Of a DNA stretch of 64,000 nucleotides, positions 32,601 through 38,652 are shown piece after piece. A model generated the notes under the pieces. That model saw nothing but the letters and a program-made list of their open reading frames with translations, ran no database searches and was not told where the DNA came from. The DNA comes from a virus, in IMG/VR virus record IMGVR_UViG_3300005805_000055, positions 29,762 through 93,761 of that record; one strand, 5' to 3'. The stretch's first letter is position 1; every line of letters starts with the position of its first letter. Both the position numbers and the translations under genes were made by a program.

Positions 32601-34732
32601 TCGCCAGCCCATTCAATAAACCTCCGGTGAGCTTCTGCTACCGATGGTTGACCATCCAGAAATTCTTGCGTTATTAGATTTCCATCCTCGTCCTTCAGGT
32701 TGTCACGCGACCATTGCTCCCACTCTGAATGTGGAATTCCTGGGTTAATGTATACGTTGAATCGTTCAATAACTCTTCCATTACGCATCCTGACTGCGCC
32801 GATTTGTGTTGGGAGACCATTGCTTGATGGCTCATTAAATTCATCGAATACAAGACCAGTGGTTTCGTAGTCAATAAAGACAATTTCTTCATCGCCCATT
32901 CTTTCCCAGAACTCATCCCAGGTTTTTACGCCTTTGATTAACTCTGCGGCACGACCAGAAAATGCTGGTGCTGGTGGCTTTCGTGGATATTGTGGCTTTG
33001 TTGTACTCTTTGATCCAGCGATGCCAAAATTATCGTAATCCCAGCTATTCGATGAATCCTGTGGCGTAGGCGTTTCTGAGACTTTTTCGGAGCCATCAGC
33101 GAGTCGCCCTTCTCGTATGCGCCATCTCCTATCAGGGGATGTGTCTGGAGTTTCGGGAATATCAGGTATACCGATATCACCATCGCCCTCGTCGTCTGTG
33201 CCATCCCCAATCGGGGGATAGTAGTCATCAAAAAGTGCTTTCAGTGTGGGTGAGTTTGCAATCAACCAGTCAATTGCTTTTTGGGCTGCCGCAGCTGCTT
33301 GCGAGACCTGGGATGGGTCATCCTTTAAGGCTTTCAGCCAGCTTGCTATATAGGCAACGTGTTGATCGTCTGGACGTTCTTCTAGACCAAGAACAGCCAT
33401 CAACATTGATGAGCCGATTTCGGCAATTAGTTCTTCATACGCGTATTCCGGCGACCCGAATCTATTCATTTTGGGGCGATCAAGGCGACCAGGATTTCCC
33501 GTCCAGTGAACTATCTCATGCATTAGGGTTGCATAAAATGCTTCTGGCGAATCAAATGATGCGAATGGTGGCATTTGAATGCGATCATCCGTTGGGCTGT
33601 TGTATGCACGATCTCCGCCCTCAGCCCAGGAAACACCAAGTTCTTCAACTATTTTCTGTATTGTCTCAATGCGTAATTCTTCCGAGAGAACCTTTGGCTC
33701 CGGGAACCTTGATGGATCGATACCGTCTATTTGGTCAATATTGAATACAGTAAAGAACGAAGACATCCACCTTTGCCGCTCTTCTGTTTCTCCATCAGGA
33801 CCAGCAACTTCAAAGGTGCTTCGCTTCCAGAAGGCCAACATGGTGCCCTTTTCGCCTTTGCGAACTTGTCCACCAAGCTCCTGTGCCTGCTTGTAGGTCA
33901 GCCACTCTGGCCTGCTGTAGCCCTTCAATTCGGCAATGATTGCAAGAATTGCCTGATTGCTCCCCTTGTATGGTTTTCCAGTTTTGCCATTTCTGTATAA
34001 ACCAAAATCTTTCCAAGGTCTCTTCCACTTTCCGCCTTCTGAATTTTCCAGTGCAGCGATCAGTGCCTCTGATAAGAGTTTTGTCAGTTCATCGAGTTTT
34101 TCATCTTTTGATTTTTTGGGGTATGTTTTTCCACCACGACCACGTGTTGATGATTTCGATCCCACTGGTGGGTATATGTCAAGGTAGTCATCTACAATCT
34201 TTGCTAATTTTGGATTATCAATTGCAGCCTGAGAAATGGTTGTTGATTTTGACCCAGAGTCCCATTCGCGAGCATCAGGGCCAGGCTTTCTTTTCTTGGG
34301 AACCGTTTGTGCGCGAAGTTTTTGCTCCTGCTGAATTCTTAATTCTTCATCTGTGAGTTTGCGCTGCTTTGGCTTTTTCTTGTCACCACCGCCAGTACGT
34401 GATGCACTTCCAACAGATGGAACGGTTTCACCGTTACGCCTACGTTCTTCATTTGCTATTGCAGCATCAATGGCACCCTGCTGACGCTCTCGCCCACGAG
34501 TAGCAGGAATAACGGCACGTGGGATTATTGGGCGGGCAAATGGCGTTGCTTCAAACACTATTCCATCGGCATCACCATCAATGGCTCCGGTAATATCAAC
34601 AAAGACCATTCCGGGTGGTGGTTTTCGCAATCCTCCACCTATCTGGGGACCCAGTTTTCCACCTATTGCCTTTTCATCGAATACAAGCTGTGGCTCTACA
34701 CCAAACTCAATATCCATGCTTTCATGATCCAT
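23651..34732 (-). CDS. Giant polyvalent protein, 3693 aa: ArdC (ssDNA-binding + zincin MPTase), DEDDh 3'-5' exonuclease, KTSC, C-terminal HTH
   Basis: ArdC: WKRPW...YKGSN...WLTYKQAQELGGQVRKGEKG and LMHEIVHWTG...YAYEELIAEIGS (~33260-34030). Exonuclease: IDYETTGL/QNAVFD/HHTADYDA (~32290-32890). KTSC: VDSVYYDGGRQELVVRF...YIYGGIP (~28960-29140). HTH: MTIEEIARITGLSESGVARLI. Eleven GSKSTT-type linkers. Confidence 0.92.
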   Translation of the reverse strand: MDHESMDIEFGVEPQLVFDEKAIGGKLGPQIGGGLRKPPPGMVFVDITGAIDGDADGIVFEATPFARPIIPRAVIPATRGRERQQGAIDAAIANEERRRNGETVPSVGSASRTGGGDKKKPKQRKLTDEELRIQQEQKLRAQTVPKKRKPGPDAREWDSGSKSTTISQAAIDNPKLAKIVDDYLDIYPPVGSKSSTRGRGGKTYPKKSKDEKLDELTKLLSEALIAALENSEGGKWKRPWKDFGLYRNGKTGKPYKGSNQAILAIIAELKGYSRPEWLTYKQAQELGGQVRKGEKGTMLAFWKRSTFEVAGPDGETEERQRWMSSFFTVFNIDQIDGIDPSRFPEPKVLSEELRIETIQKIVEELGVSWAEGGDRAYNSPTDDRIQMPPFASFDSPEAFYATLMHEIVHWTGNPGRLDRPKMNRFGSPEYAYEELIAEIGSSMLMAVLGLEERPDDQHVAYIASWLKALKDDPSQVSQAAAAAQKAIDWLIANSPTLKALFDDYYPPIGDGTDDEGDGDIGIPDIPETPDTSPDRRWRIREGRLADGSEKVSETPTPQDSSNSWDYDNFGIAGSKSTTKPQYPRKPPAPAFSGRAAELIKGVKTWDEFWERMGDEEIVFIDYETTGLVFDEFNEPSSNGLPTQIGAVRMRNGRVIERFNVYINPGIPHSEWEQWSRDNLKDEDGNLITQEFLDGQPSVAEAHRRFIEWAGEGVILGMQNAVFDNEVLTDALRESGIDWEPDGIIDTKEIADATLPKWSPENEDAPFKIDKATGEKRPSNSLADITKYLGVSLGDKHHTADYDAAATGEVLTRIVEGAIEKGWPTDALDPEKRRQKEEAKRIKFERDIEEFNKNKDEWMASQSGASKSTTRSAPDDGVALEFYTPGSRSTTRRWGSSASRRSVNSQQRKEATHVDISRVSVGDVFPDNWDAPNFPLGEPRWSVRSVIPNIDGTVSVVLGDMRGEQEDIDIIFDKGSLIPNVTRGLPLRATRDKRPGTQVDSVAKFTQNGKLKNWNSPDVTYRRNASLEATEFSLFDDGLPRRVSPFNPNLFNRGDFRSEETQKLSRATNRHTIDSVEDSMQFIANKAQRDLKFQASDAVKLIRELRRDIAHTGIVENLDINVINDLIEGTYTGDGYRRLNDILRRRGKITGRNPYPVSYPAAVVGSKSTTRNDLRPIPPSGVLVDGSSSDGGFWRSDFTQPLMEDTQESEAYDPRIAQRIILTSRIMPLTIDGITDIVSEDNNLHKGIPMSRDKWRFMLAALLSNNRKTIEAYNLGKMGILFFAPNTGQSYLVESGPDGRYPEFATRKTFEETVLRSLSSNTIGTRGISPNLQGLPSRYDSGIRKVQKQYGPHVLGFRMDSTSGHHALWLVDEAGHIVSLKAVGVSLSPGRDDSNYIPTYIGSKIVQERFEKTRGILSARPDYLYDLIPYTAMPPTNASGPVDGWIRVPPLDPRLKDRLTWQISIDLDENRMPAFGSDSAMTLVQIDIYEVPNPDGTTSYRLMGEAIDGRSADLSEIKVDFPTREAAVSYALSEVSPYPYHAWVMNSIARRTRLPEGLDESYLVDKTTKDLLVGDRVFSKLLGASGSKSHTGQRIYYDSYAIAENIVLADDSETSAARFDNFIEQLSIVNERSRSLLKQLEDELAKDNPDDGVVSDLERAMKIHDLVTASVADAIFDLASRHRQWRTRKAAVAVARKLLADEVRDGSSTFSQDEVARMIDALSDNAENLYGEITSAHITGRLAQALSILRELNWPDLFDSKLDREDQLTEEDVLRLIDSPTEEIMRAARTALDAQKYAIRAQRSKTRKSILEDVDTGESVSGYRPLLLGNPLGGSKSRTNNASYVNGRGLGDSRLLHPTPGGQNESQAVDSVYYDGGRQELVVRFSGSDGEYIYGGIPMGVADKLERSFGIGRDINSLIRNGEYSYIIKPNGETEGEPPSLRQLLNSDIERLSSYSEFTGHMIDEIRSIARDLENGGTQLANMDAGYLDNVSLRMWATAANLSQISGEHSAADHLLQLINAIDDFRSSGLAGRASTRNRMPLKDKTILRLNPDELGEIRQEIKEILRENADDSKISLLADFAAKIKEAQDAGSPVTLNRADHEKYIIAYDRLFAKALNKETNSKFRHSIGESILNLAAFSGKYDSPRIDSGGGFRGRPYNMGAPSGFSPENIIGWARNQRSFRVVQNLVQRFDNNGGFLTVSEWRRLAEYHDNSQRRRNGRYNSGPINSSKSTTLPVPSSSDEPTPDDLAKIDGDQAVSGQKKKTKMPEGKSIREIFGDRLDGLSPEEQIDALFEVGIATPKNKNGINQAEFESRIRELDIQHQALEAMQEEQALRDAMADAVRRGEEFDEEAWYEGFAKMREQRRKAVIDKYMEMLLGDNDEERERAERFLGFTKDEWIARKEEAERLRVISDSLKEKEDKRKTKTSYSVPELIKKLRRAAQTRLGALDGSNEGDEQKHTSVWESALSLLDALISEEGILIPEVVLDDIANLLNEYQSSIFDAMDPDRGSGGPSSEARRSIAMAKQWEDVIRNSLDAVESEEDDDEIIDDEGDGIAGSKSTTASPMFEWTRPEYEYGTDAYADKVVKDPRNWRFTDDWGQPVYHYVGPWPDILSFPKSPPPSIIGKIRRRESDGPQAVLFGVNIPVYDDFKGLPDDMKTTVVDGIHIMPPRDEPRLDIDMFIPGSRGEKFIDIPMGGRGNKKIRYTRTRPNWMNTSRQRPDLSSLTDSELKQILAALRTDSERNALIMALEKIQEERDQRRPRMGSGQIGSSRMGVNEQKYKIDDIINELESRGYFVYGNEDPTSNAPRWYVVANGEATNEQLGRRRSGRWTSTVDQTAKPEDRVDPDGERNITPVDVVQEIIESDDVEVNEDKLSDLIDNSDIDEMSDDEVNAELLNIRDELEDLRRRANAKTISREEYNERRRELNRRKALLLKRKHGNKDAQRAKAERKPRQQTKPGSVVVNNTGTTNINVTGDNNTVINTGGTVPSGSNAPQSRRTGRVVISTSGIRELRQIEAERRALRGQSPQITGSKSTTSDGRRKMEFYKLEFGLTGSDFEEIVNGIGSEESLKKKYGLTNEDIDIIRSNWSSALPVGDLARINGHDDIDVRFIEEYDQILEILSERIAKIRQDSEDLIRSRMFDNYAERKRRIDKAKQDFKDLENELRSEDSINRKEIIDEAKSDLDNYISEVNDYFDKELRKEIARIQFVLDADVAELTQSFKRRAGLQFIDQYLQSMNDEDNAASDIAKLIRQFALVGGYDPSRGGSLFDFLEELGIRNGLVNDILDQVRQDAQAMFRSGARLEDIFDNFRLSTDGVIDDSAIDQILRLITDGAIIPDLLGSTHEYLWPKRLTDEDLDYMDSQAVKRGDWEYFDKLIEEAANEENSGDDPESRTRSLDPENINFVSYDEYIAGKNVSNNPRYERMFIERYLHGLTQAYTKLIWSGHPSLTTPIDDESSDFVPTPELRNAYMTAVRKTLVTLSRLNEEELVDARNVVAGLFADDELVPAEGQKDFSRAESILAFFRDFVEMGGGSSNESPLDFMESLLGLDRSQLIDTLRDGFMPPGNREYVSSPDMQAQTQLMTLMENNARNLLATFLHSDMTIEEIARITGLSESGVARLIKERSTYGKSIFLLGKIPIWTDSSSGRIFKSLIESGYSASDIAALFEEDLEIIQKIVDIVTGQDNTEEEEE

Positions 34733-34755
34733 CTGAAGCCCTTGCTTTACGGTTC

Positions 34756-36162
34756 TTACTTGAGTGACTTCGACTTAACGGCCACCTTGATGCTTTTTTC
34801 ACATCTACGAAGTGCATCAACAACATCATCATTAAAGTTGCCGAATATATGGATACCATCATCATGCACTTCTGATGTTAGACCATGATATTCGATTACC
34901 GGGTCAAGTAGTTCCTTAACATAAAATGCTTGATGTGGAAGACATTTCATTGTTGCATGCTGTGGTGTTACATCGGCAACATAATCTTGCAAAATTGAAA
35001 TTAGTGTTGATACCTTCTGTCTATCAGACATTGATTCATCATCGAATATATTTGACTCAATTGACTTACACGCCTGTGCCACAATTTCAAATGCACTCTT
35101 CCCAGCTTGAGCGGAAAGAACATATGGACTAGCAGTTGCCATTGGCTTTACTGCCATTGGCATGTGCGGCATTTGCGATGGCACAATCATTTGCGGAGTA
35201 ACTGCTGGTTTTGCCACATTCAGCTTCTCTGGCTTGCCGAACATATATTCATCTGTATCTTTTTCATGATGGTAGGGCAGACGATATGTAATCTTCTTGC
35301 CACCTTCCATGAAACGATTTAGGATAATCATGTTTTCTGTTGCTGAAATCATTTCAACCCTGGACGAGGAGCGCCTAGAGACTTCTTGCTCAAGTCTGGA
35401 TCTCTCTTCGTCACCAAGTTGGCGAGCCTCGCCTTCGGCAAAAATATCTTCACGTTGTTCATCAAGTGAACTAACGGCCTGCATCAGTGCCTCAATTGGC
35501 GAAAGTCCACGAGGATCATCCTCGTCTGGTGATTCTGGATTAAACGAACGCATGACACTGAGTCGCGGAGGAACTACTGGCCCCATTGACATGGGACGAC
35601 CCATATGCATTGGCCCAGAACCTGGATGACATTTCTCTGCCTCATCGCTCTTGACGGAGATTGTTGCAGTTAGTTGATTTGCCCCATGGAGAACTGGACT
35701 CACCTCATAGAGTTCGACTTCTCGTAGGATGTTTGCCTGAAGACTCTGGTCATAGGTGGCATTAATGGTCTTGTAGCCAATCGACCATTCTTGGTCGCCA
35801 CCGAAGAATGCAACGCTAGCGAATGCCTCGCGTCCCTTTTCGGTAGCTAGATTGAACTGAACACGTGCATATAGGCCACCAACTCCAGCTTGTTTCATCT
35901 TTGCGGGGAGTCTTGGGTCATTGGCTGGCACCTCATAAATCTCCAGCACTTTTCCAATCGGGTCGTTCCAGTTGTGCCCCCATACAACACGAGGCTTGCG
36001 GCGCTTGAGACTTTCAGTAAACGCACCAGTGGCGACGATGTCTCCAACTGAGTCCTTGTTGCCTACTGCGGCAACGAAGCATTCGACGATACCCTGCGCT
36101 TCATCGACATTTACCTGACCATTCATGGCCTTGAAACTAAAACTACCTGCTAGTTGGCTCAT
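34756..36162 (-). CDS. HK97-family prohead protease (S78) with a long C-terminal extension
   Basis: GNKDSVGDIVATGAF...WGHNWNDPIG...WSIGY...LREVELYEVSPVLHGANQ. Immediately downstream of the portal; GGAG Shine-Dalgarno. Confidence 0.93.
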   Translation of the reverse strand: MSQLAGSFSFKAMNGQVNVDEAQGIVECFVAAVGNKDSVGDIVATGAFTESLKRRKPRVVWGHNWNDPIGKVLEIYEVPANDPRLPAKMKQAGVGGLYARVQFNLATEKGREAFASVAFFGGDQEWSIGYKTINATYDQSLQANILREVELYEVSPVLHGANQLTATISVKSDEAEKCHPGSGPMHMGRPMSMGPVVPPRLSVMRSFNPESPDEDDPRGLSPIEALMQAVSSLDEQREDIFAEGEARQLGDEERSRLEQEVSRRSSSRVEMISATENMIILNRFMEGGKKITYRLPYHHEKDTDEYMFGKPEKLNVAKPAVTPQMIVPSQMPHMPMAVKPMATASPYVLSAQAGKSAFEIVAQACKSIESNIFDDESMSDRQKVSTLISILQDYVADVTPQHATMKCLPHQAFYVKELLDPVIEYHGLTSEVHDDGIHIFGNFNDDVVDALRRCEKSIKVAVKSKSLK

Positions 36163-36234
36163 AGCACTCCAATCGACACAATTATCATAGACCCAGAATA
36201 TGGCATACGATACTAAGTATCCGTTGTTTTTCTA

Positions 36235-36267
36235 TTTCAGTAAACTATTTATTTTTGATTACTGAAA
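36235..36267. promoter_or_regulatory. 9-bp inverted repeat between portal and protease (operator or weak terminator)
   Basis: TTTCAGTAA (36235-36243) and TTACTGAAA (36259-36267), with a 15-nt AT-rich spacer. Confidence 0.35.
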
Positions 36268-36268
36268 C

Positions 36269-38347
36269 TTAGGGTCGTGAGAAGTCCCATGCAACTTTGG
36301 TTTCACTGATTGCACGTTCTGGTCGATACTTGGCCAGTATTTCAGTAAATATGCCGTTGACGGAACTCCTTAGAAAACTGGCACGCTCTTCTTCATCACG
36401 CACGGCGAGTGAATTGAAAATTGCCGTATTAATGAGGTCACGGGTGACTGTATTTCTTGCCTTAATACGTATCATTTGTGCGTCTATCGAGACAAGAATC
36501 TCCTCATTTGAGGGTGGGGCATAATCCATACTCTTTACTGAGTATATTTCCTGCGAGTCTTTGATGATTGCGGACAAAACTGGACGAATATCTTCATCCA
36601 TCTGTTTGTCCCAGGTTGCAATACTGAATACATCATCAGCTGTAAGGGCACCCTGAGATAGGGATTTTCTGGACTTTTGTCCATTTACCTTCTCAACAAC
36701 AACACGCTGCTGTCTCTCGAAGACCCTCTCCAGAGATCGATCAAGGATTTGTGACCACCTAGCAACATCTTCATCGCGCTCGTGGCGGTCATCCTTGTAG
36801 TCGATTTCAATACCAGCAGACATTGCCGCCATTCCAGCAGGACCCATTTCCGGGGGAACATTAGTTGGCCCCTGGCCCGGTGCTGGACTTGGCGGAACCA
36901 TTCCTGTTTCTGCTGCAAGCGCACCAGCCATTGTATTTGGATCGAGTCCTGGACCGCCAAGCTCCGCCCCTGGAACTGCACCACCACCCATTGCTGCTGC
37001 CATTTCTGGTGGTAATGGATTGATTGGCATTCCAGGTGCTCCAGGCATGCCCGTACCTGGGGACATTCCAGGAATTCCCGGCATTCCACCAGGCTGTGGT
37101 GTTTCCATTGGCTTCTTGGTATTGGCAATTGGGGTGAGGTTTGGATTCATTAAGAGGCTGTCAGCAAGATCGGCTTCAACCTCTTTGCGTCCAGTTCCAT
37201 TGCGGTATTCATTAACACTTATGAGTCCACTCTGCATCTCTTGAAGCAGGTAACGCTCACGCTCCTGTTTAGTAATAATTAGATACGGAACAGAGGAAGT
37301 GTCGAAATCAATGTAGTGCTCTTCATCTAGCTCATCAAGGGCTCGAGCAATAATCTCCAGGTGGGGAGACATTGTCTCGTTCCAGAAAACGCTTACTTCT
37401 TCTGCCGCATTGCTGAATGTGCGACCAGAAGCATTGCCGAGAACTGATTCTGGAACGCCAAATGATGCGAGAATTTCCTCTTTTGTAATTTGTCGCATCT
37501 GAATATATGCAGCATCACGTGGGTTCGACGATGTATCAACATAATCAACACCATCATCGGAGCTAATTACACCAACTGCCCCAACTCTTCCAATATTGCC
37601 ACGAAAACGAGACCGTAATTCTTCCTTGTCGTCGTCATCTATTTCTCCTCGCAAAACCAAAAGTCCACCCGGGCGCCCGTCATTTAGCAGGAAATTGCGG
37701 TTGTACATTTTGGCGAGATTTTCTATCTCTATGGCAATTCCAGCCGACTCCATCGGGGTCATTGACAGATATGGGTCAATTGGATGCGGACGTCGAATCC
37801 AGATGACATCATCTGCTTTCATCTTAATTTTGTCGCCGTTTGGCATTGTTACTTCATATCCGGCAACGAATGTTTTTGGATCAGGAATTGGCGCTGTATG
37901 CTGGGGTGGAAGAAGATTTAGAGCAATTATTCCACCATCGCGCCCGCGAACTTTTTCAATAAACGCTCCGCGAGTTCCAAGAAGCAGCTGTGACGACATG
38001 CGATAACGGAAAATAAATGAGTTTTCGCCTTGGTTAGATTTGGTATTTAGAAGGTCGAGAACGGTGGATGTTCCACGCTTCTTCTTGACAATTTCACCAT
38101 CTGGAGAATTGTCTTTTCGCAGAATGACAGGAAGGCGGGATTGATTTCCGGCAATTGCATCTATGCACCTAGATACCCAGGTAACTTTCTGCATACCCTC
38201 TCGGTATGCGCGCTCAATATCCCAGGGGTCCTTGTATCCCTTGCCAGCAAATCCTGGGGTAACGGAAATTGGGGCACCAGAAGGTATAACGGCAGCTTTC
38301 GCGCCATTATTAAAAAGTGCTTTGTTGTCAGTTTTGTTCCAAGCCAT
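36269..38347 (-). CDS. HK97-family portal protein with a Pro/Gly/Met-rich insert and C-terminal extension
   Basis: WVSRCIDAIA...GTRGAFIEK...IWIRRPHPIDPYLSMTPM...FLLNDGRPGGLL...EEILASFGVPESVLG...TFSNA...GLISVNEYR. Confidence 0.93.
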   Translation of the reverse strand: MAWNKTDNKALFNNGAKAAVIPSGAPISVTPGFAGKGYKDPWDIERAYREGMQKVTWVSRCIDAIAGNQSRLPVILRKDNSPDGEIVKKKRGTSTVLDLLNTKSNQGENSFIFRYRMSSQLLLGTRGAFIEKVRGRDGGIIALNLLPPQHTAPIPDPKTFVAGYEVTMPNGDKIKMKADDVIWIRRPHPIDPYLSMTPMESAGIAIEIENLAKMYNRNFLLNDGRPGGLLVLRGEIDDDDKEELRSRFRGNIGRVGAVGVISSDDGVDYVDTSSNPRDAAYIQMRQITKEEILASFGVPESVLGNASGRTFSNAAEEVSVFWNETMSPHLEIIARALDELDEEHYIDFDTSSVPYLIITKQERERYLLQEMQSGLISVNEYRNGTGRKEVEADLADSLLMNPNLTPIANTKKPMETPQPGGMPGIPGMSPGTGMPGAPGMPINPLPPEMAAAMGGGAVPGAELGGPGLDPNTMAGALAAETGMVPPSPAPGQGPTNVPPEMGPAGMAAMSAGIEIDYKDDRHERDEDVARWSQILDRSLERVFERQQRVVVEKVNGQKSRKSLSQGALTADDVFSIATWDKQMDEDIRPVLSAIIKDSQEIYSVKSMDYAPPSNEEILVSIDAQMIRIKARNTVTRDLINTAIFNSLAVRDEEERASFLRSSVNGIFTEILAKYRPERAISETKVAWDFSRP

Positions 38348-38349
38348 GT

Positions 38350-38601
38350 TTATTCAAGACCTAGGATAAATCCATAAATTCCACATGCAACTCCTGCCGC
38401 AATAAAGCCCACCGGAGGCCAGATCATAAATGTTCCAATGCCTATGAGTACAATAAATAGTACCATTAGCAAATTGGCAGTAAAGGCACGCCTAAAAATT
38501 TGTGGCAAAAACCTTGATTTAATAAAATATGTTACCGTGCGATAGTACCGGCGAAAGATTGATGGTTTATTGTCCATTTTGTCGTTTCTTATTGCAGCCA
38601 T
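38350..38601 (-). CDS. Small two-TM membrane protein preceding the portal
   Basis: Hydrophobic LLMVLFIVLIGIGTFMIWPPVGFIAAGVACGIYGFILG. ATG 38601 or 38577 preferred, because the track start (38688) overlaps the terminase. Confidence 0.7.
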   Translation of the reverse strand: MAAIRNDKMDNKPSIFRRYYRTVTYFIKSRFLPQIFRRAFTANLLMVLFIVLIGIGTFMIWPPVGFIAAGVACGIYGFILGLE

Positions 38602-38652
38602 GATGTGTGGTAGACCATAATCTAATACACCACAGTCCGTTTGGAGACAACT

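Noticed and set aside
1185-34255. GSKSTT copies as a DNA repeat, CRISPR array or recombination site
   Set aside because: Nucleotide sequence varies at synonymous positions, spacing is irregular, and all copies are in frame within CDSs.
1185-34255. GSKSTT as a Walker A P-loop
   Set aside because: Lacks the GxxxxGK[ST] pattern and sits in linker-like context rather than after a hydrophobic strand.
12606-34732. Inteins, virion RNA polymerase or major capsid protein inside the giants
   Set aside because: I saw no intein terminal motifs, polymerase catalytic motifs or HK97 capsid signature; a divergent copy cannot be excluded without HMM or structure searches.
61-38377. Numerous plus-strand ORFs, e.g. 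4156..4887, 10253..11218, 27000..27767
   Set aside because: Antisense shadows of long minus-strand genes; Ser-rich and motif-free. Their recurring VVDFDP/VVDFEP is just the reverse reading of GSKSTT.
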